Source: Abditibacteriaceae bacterium (GTDB lineage: Bacteria > Armatimonadota > Abditibacteriia > Abditibacteriales > Abditibacteriaceae). Taken from it: a stretch of 19,331 bases of DNA. The stretch lies in the NCBI GenBank assembly GCA_031372065.1, contig JANMKN010000374.1, forward strand, positions 1 through 19,331. The letters are read 5' to 3'. This document shows, in pieces, positions 15,552 through 19,331 of this stretch (its first letter is position 1; the number at the start of each line of letters is the position of its first letter). The position numbers and the translations under genes were made by a program. Under the pieces are notes generated by a model. That model was not told where the DNA came from. It made no database searches and saw only the letters and a program-made list of their open reading frames with translations.

Positions 15552-16979
15552 ATGCCAGAGCGCCGTCCGAAAGCATCTTCAAAACCAGCTTCAAAAGCAC
15601 CCGCAAAAACTGCCTCGAAAAATTCGGCGACTGTGGCCGAAATCGAAATGAGCGAAGCCGAAAGCAGCCGCGAATTTATTTTGCACGCCGCACAAGACCG
15701 CCATGTGAAATTTGTGCGATTGTGGTTCACCGACATTTTAGGAATGCTCAAAAGCACCGCCATTGTCGCCGATGAGCTGGAAGCGGCTTTAGACGAAGGT
15801 ATAACCTTCGACGGCAGCGCCATCGAAGGTTATGCGCGGCAGGACGAAAGCGATATGATCGCGCGGCCCGACCAGAATACGTTCACGATTTTGCCCTCGC
15901 AATCGCGCGATTTGGGCGTCGAAGGCACTGTGGCGCGGATGTTTTGCGACATTTATAATCCCGACGGCACGCCTTCGGAGATTGACGGGCGTTATCTTTT
16001 GCAGCGTCAGTTGCGCGCTGCCGCGCAACAAGGCTTCACGTTTTACGTTGGCCCCGAAGTCGAATTTTTCTACTTCAAAAACGCCCCCTCACAAGGCCAA
16101 ACGCGACTCGAAGGTTTGGACGAGGGCGGCTACTTCGACATGACGCCGATGGACATCGCCAGCCCGCTGCGCCGCAAAACCGCGCTGACGCTGGAAAAAA
16201 TGGACATCGGCGTCGAATCGTCGCACCACGAAGCCGCGCCCAGCCAGCACGAAATTGATTTGCGCTACACCGACGCGCTGACGATGGCCGACAGCCTGAT
16301 GACGTTTCGGTTAATCGTCAAGGAAGTCGCCGCCGAAAACGGCTATTACGCGACGTTCATGCCCAAACCGCTGACGCATTGCAACGGCAGCGGAATGCAC
16401 ATCAACATGAGTTTGTTTCGCGGCGGCGAAAACGCTTTTTACGATGCCCAAGACCCGGAACATCTCAGCCCCGTCGCGCGGCAATTCATCGCCGGACTTT
16501 TGCGCCACGCGCGCGAATTAACGCTTTTTACCAACCAATGGGTGAATTCTTACAAGTGTTTGGTGCCCGGCTTTGAGGCGCCGACACGCGTGACGTGGGC
16601 TATGCGCAATCGCGCCGATCTGATTCGCGTGCCCAGTTACAAACCGGGCCGCGAAAACAGCCGCCGCGTGGAATATCGCTCACCCGACGCCACTTGCAAT
16701 CCGTATTTGGTTTTCGCACTTTTGTTAGCGGCAGGCTTGGAAGGCATCAAGCAAAATTATGAGTTGCCACCGCAAACCGGCGAAGGCGATGACAATTACG
16801 AAGTGCTGCCCGCCAATCTCAATGAGGCCATCAGCGCTGCGCAAAACAGCGAACTATCGCGCCGCGTGCTGGGCGATGCCTTACTTGATAAGTTTTTGGC
16901 AAACAAACGCATTGAATGGGAAAACTACCGGATGCAAGTTCATCAATACGAACTGGATCGGTATATGGGCATTTTGTAA
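15552..16979 (+). CDS. glnA: Glutamine synthetase type I family protein (GSI-alpha / GlnA2-like)
   Basis: VRLWFTDILG, FDGSAIEG, ESDM, GPEVEFF, HHEAAPSQHEID, ATFMPKP...NGSGMH, VPGFEAP, NRADLIRVP, RVEYRSPDATCNPYL. RBS AAGGAG at 15535-15540. Confidence 0.93.
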   Translation: MPERRPKASSKPASKAPAKTASKNSATVAEIEMSEAESSREFILHAAQDRHVKFVRLWFTDILGMLKSTAIVADELEAALDEGITFDGSAIEGYARQDESDMIARPDQNTFTILPSQSRDLGVEGTVARMFCDIYNPDGTPSEIDGRYLLQRQLRAAAQQGFTFYVGPEVEFFYFKNAPSQGQTRLEGLDEGGYFDMTPMDIASPLRRKTALTLEKMDIGVESSHHEAAPSQHEIDLRYTDALTMADSLMTFRLIVKEVAAENGYYATFMPKPLTHCNGSGMHINMSLFRGGENAFYDAQDPEHLSPVARQFIAGLLRHARELTLFTNQWVNSYKCLVPGFEAPTRVTWAMRNRADLIRVPSYKPGRENSRRVEYRSPDATCNPYLVFALLLAAGLEGIKQNYELPPQTGEGDDNYEVLPANLNEAISAAQNSELSRRVLGDALLDKFLANKRIEWENYRMQVHQYELDRYMGIL

Positions 16980-16983
16980 AAAA

Positions 16984-17305
16984 CGCCGATTTTTGCCGCC
17001 CCGAAGCAACGATTCTCGCGGGAATCGCCCCCGATTGCCTCCCTGATGCCTCCATTCTCACTGGAATGGAGGCATTTTGCTTCCCAGCCGTCTCCATTCC
17101 CGTCAGAATAGCCTCAAATTGCTTCCCCGCCACTCCCATTCCCACGAGAATGGCCGCGCCGGGACTCCCCGCTGGCCCTATTCTCGCGAGAATGAAGGCA
17201 GCGGGCTTCCCCGCTGGCCCTATTCCCGTGAGAATGGAGGCAGAGGGACTCCCATGTGGCCCTATTCCCGCGAGAATAACCGCGCCCGTGTTCACGTCAA
17301 CCCCC
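16984..17305. repeat. Degenerate tandem array, 42-bp period, seven 14-bp palindromic cores (ATTCYC-N3-RGAAT)
   Basis: Cores start at 17012, 17054, 17096, 17138, 17180, 17222 and 17264, exactly 42 apart. The 28-bp linkers are homologous to each other. No indels. Confidence 0.93.
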
Positions 17306-17373
17306 ATTTTCTGGTGCTTGCTTCACTTTTCGTTGGTTAGCAAACGCGCTGATGTGGGTAAACTTGAAATATC

Positions 17374-18243
17374 ATGTCGCGCCACGAAATTGAAGAGCCA
17401 CCCGCTTCTGGCAGCCCAGCCGAAACTCCTTCTTTGGAGCAGCAAGGCGATTTGCAAATCAGCATTACCCCGGCCCAGCTTGCCGCGCCTTATTTGTCGC
17501 TGATTATCCCGGCCTACAACGAAGAAGACCGCTTGCCCGCCACATTAGCGCGCGTGGCGGAATATCTGGCGTTACGCGATTTTTCTTGTGAATTAATCGT
17601 AGTGGACGACGGTTCGCGCGACGGCACGCGCGCTTTGGTGCGCGATTTTGCCAAGAATCGCGATTGGGTTCGGCTTTTGGGCTACGATTTCAACCATCAC
17701 GCGGCCAATCGCGGCAAAGGCTTCGCGGTGCGACAGGGTGTTTTGCACGCTACGGGCCGCGATGTTTTGTTTTCAGACGCCGATTTATCCACGCCCATCG
17801 AAGAAATGGAAAAACTGCTGGCGCCGATTGCGCGCGGCCAATGTGATGTGGCGATTGCTTCGCGTGCCATGCCCGAATCGGTTTTGGCGGTGCATCAGCC
17901 GTGGTATCGTGAAATCATGGGCCGCAGTTTCAACAAAGTCGTGCAAAAAGTCGCCGTGCCGGGCATCGTGGACACGCAATGCGGCTTCAAGGCGTTTCGC
18001 GGCGACATCGCGCGGCGCTTGTTTTCCTTGGCGCAAATTGACGGCTTCGGTTTCGACACGGAAATTCTGTTTTTGGCGCAAAAATTCGGCTATCGCACCT
18101 GCGAAATCGCCGTGCGCTGGGAACACCGCGACGACAGTCGTGTTAGCCCGCTCACCGCGCCTTTTTCCATGATGCGCGAGCTTTTCGCCGTGCGCCTCAA
18201 CGATATGCGCGGTTTGTATGACGAAAAGCCGCTTGACGATTAA
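17374..18243 (+). CDS. GT2 glycosyltransferase, dolichyl/polyprenyl-phosphate beta-glucosyltransferase-like
   Basis: LSLIIPAYNEE, VVDDGSRDGT, NRGKGFAVRQG, FSDADLSTP (DxD), DTQCGFKAF, FGFDTEIL. Confidence 0.92.
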   Translation: MSRHEIEEPPASGSPAETPSLEQQGDLQISITPAQLAAPYLSLIIPAYNEEDRLPATLARVAEYLALRDFSCELIVVDDGSRDGTRALVRDFAKNRDWVRLLGYDFNHHAANRGKGFAVRQGVLHATGRDVLFSDADLSTPIEEMEKLLAPIARGQCDVAIASRAMPESVLAVHQPWYREIMGRSFNKVVQKVAVPGIVDTQCGFKAFRGDIARRLFSLAQIDGFGFDTEILFLAQKFGYRTCEIAVRWEHRDDSRVSPLTAPFSMMRELFAVRLNDMRGLYDEKPLDD

Positions 18244-18255
18244 TTGCTCGTTTTA

Positions 18256-19331
18256 ATGCCCGGTTTTTACATTCATATCCCTTTTTGCGCGCGGCGCTGC
18301 CCATATTGTGATTTTGCGATTCACATCGGCGCCGATGAAGCGTTTCGCGCGGCTTATGTCGAAGTGTTGCGGCGCGAAATGGAAAGCGCTTTGCGCGAAC
18401 AAAAAGCGCACGAGCCGCACAGCGCCCTCACTTCGATTTATTTCGGCGGCGGCACGCCAACGGAATTAAACGAGGCCGATTTAGCGGCTTTGCTGCGCCT
18501 TATTTTAGAAAATATCCCAGTCGCGCCGCAGGCTGAAATCACGCTTGAGGCTAATCCCGAAAATCTCACGCTCGAAAAACTAAAAGCCTTGCGCGCGGCG
18601 GGTTTTAACCGCTTGTCGCTGGGCGCGCAAAGTTTTGACGACAGCGCGTTAAAAATGCTGGGACGCCGTCACGCGCCGCGCGATATTGAAAGAACCGTTG
18701 CACAAGCGCGCGAAGCCGCTTGGCCGCAGGTCAGCCTTGACTTAATTTATGCCGTGCCCGGCCAAAGCCGCGCCGCGTGGCAACAAACTTTGCGGCGCGC
18801 GACCCAATTGAAACTCGATCATATTTCGTGTTATTCGCTGACCATCGAAAGTGGCACGCCGTTCGCGCGCCGCGTCGAAAAAGGGCGTTTGGTGCCCGTC
18901 GAAAACGATTTGCAGGCCGATTTTATGAACGATGCGATGGGAATATTGGGCGAAGCCGGGCTTTTGCGTTACGAAGTCAGTAATTACGCGCGTTTGGGAA
19001 GCGAAAGCCAACACAATCTCAATTACTGGCGTGGCGGCGATTATTTGGCGGCGGGCTGTGGCGCGCACGGGCATCGCACCGGCCATCGCTATTGGAACGA
19101 ACGCAACACGGCGCGTTATATCGAAAAAATGCAAAAGGCGGGCACAGCGCATGAGGGCGAAGAATTTCTTTCGGTGCAAGAACGTCTGAGCGAATTAGTT
19201 TTGCTCGGCTTGCGACTGCGCGAGGGACTGGCTTTAGAGCGAGCAACGCAACTTTTAAATTTCGATGTGCGCGGCGCTTTGCACGACTCAAAAGCGTGGA
19301 AAATGCTGACTTCGCAGGGCATTTTGCGCGA
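18256..19331 (+). CDS. hemW: Radical SAM heme chaperone HemW (partial, runs off the window end)
   Basis: Not in the ORF track because it has no stop in the window. Manual translation gives MPGFYIHIPFCARRCPYCDF, SIYFGGGTPT, EITLEANP, NRLSLGAQSF, YEVSNYA and the HemW-diagnostic HNLNYW. Confidence 0.93.
   Translation, partial: MPGFYIHIPFCARRCPYCDFAIHIGADEAFRAAYVEVLRREMESALREQKAHEPHSALTSIYFGGGTPTELNEADLAALLRLILENIPVAPQAEITLEANPENLTLEKLKALRAAGFNRLSLGAQSFDDSALKMLGRRHAPRDIERTVAQAREAAWPQVSLDLIYAVPGQSRAAWQQTLRRATQLKLDHISCYSLTIESGTPFARRVEKGRLVPVENDLQADFMNDAMGILGEAGLLRYEVSNYARLGSESQHNLNYWRGGDYLAAGCGAHGHRTGHRYWNERNTARYIEKMQKAGTAHEGEEFLSVQERLSELVLLGLRLREGLALERATQLLNFDVRGALHDSKAWKMLTSQGILR

Noticed and set aside
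16984..17305. CRISPR array interpretation of the 42-bp palindromic array
   Set aside because: The repeats are only 14 bp and degenerate, the would-be spacers are homologous to each other, and there are no cas genes in the window.
18742..19322. Short ORFs listed near the window end
   Set aside because: All lie within the hemW coding region, which the ORF track missed because its stop is outside the window.

Overview
Bacterial chromosomal window (GC roughly mid-to-high 50s%, by eye) made up mostly of housekeeping and metabolic genes. In order: a palindrome-rich REP-like cluster; a small AT-rich membrane ORF; a Cys/Met PLP enzyme; DedA; a SAM methyltransferase; a conserved hypothetical gene directly downstream of recA; recA; a DUF2752-like gene; cinA; a hybrid sensor kinase; a minus-strand cluster (gluconate 2-dehydrogenase subunit 3-like, AT-rich membrane ORF, GMC oxidoreductase, VOC, exported HEAT-repeat protein); a GlnA2-like type I glutamine synthetase; a GT2 glycosyltransferase; and hemW, truncated by the window end. 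The most unusual signals are non-coding. (i) Two sequence-unrelated, indel-free degenerate tandem arrays share a 42-bp period: one is 11 x 21 bp with odd/even alternation, the other is 7 x 42 bp with a 14-bp palindromic core. Each starts 4-5 nt after a stop codon. (ii) A hairpin-dense region upstream of glnA carries an actinobacterial-type GlnR box, a 20-codon uORF and a perfect terminator. (iii) The GlnA protein has Cys at a normally invariant glutamate-binding Arg. (iv) There is a candidate structured RNA between cinA and the kinase. No CRISPR, rRNA, tRNA or transposase was seen.
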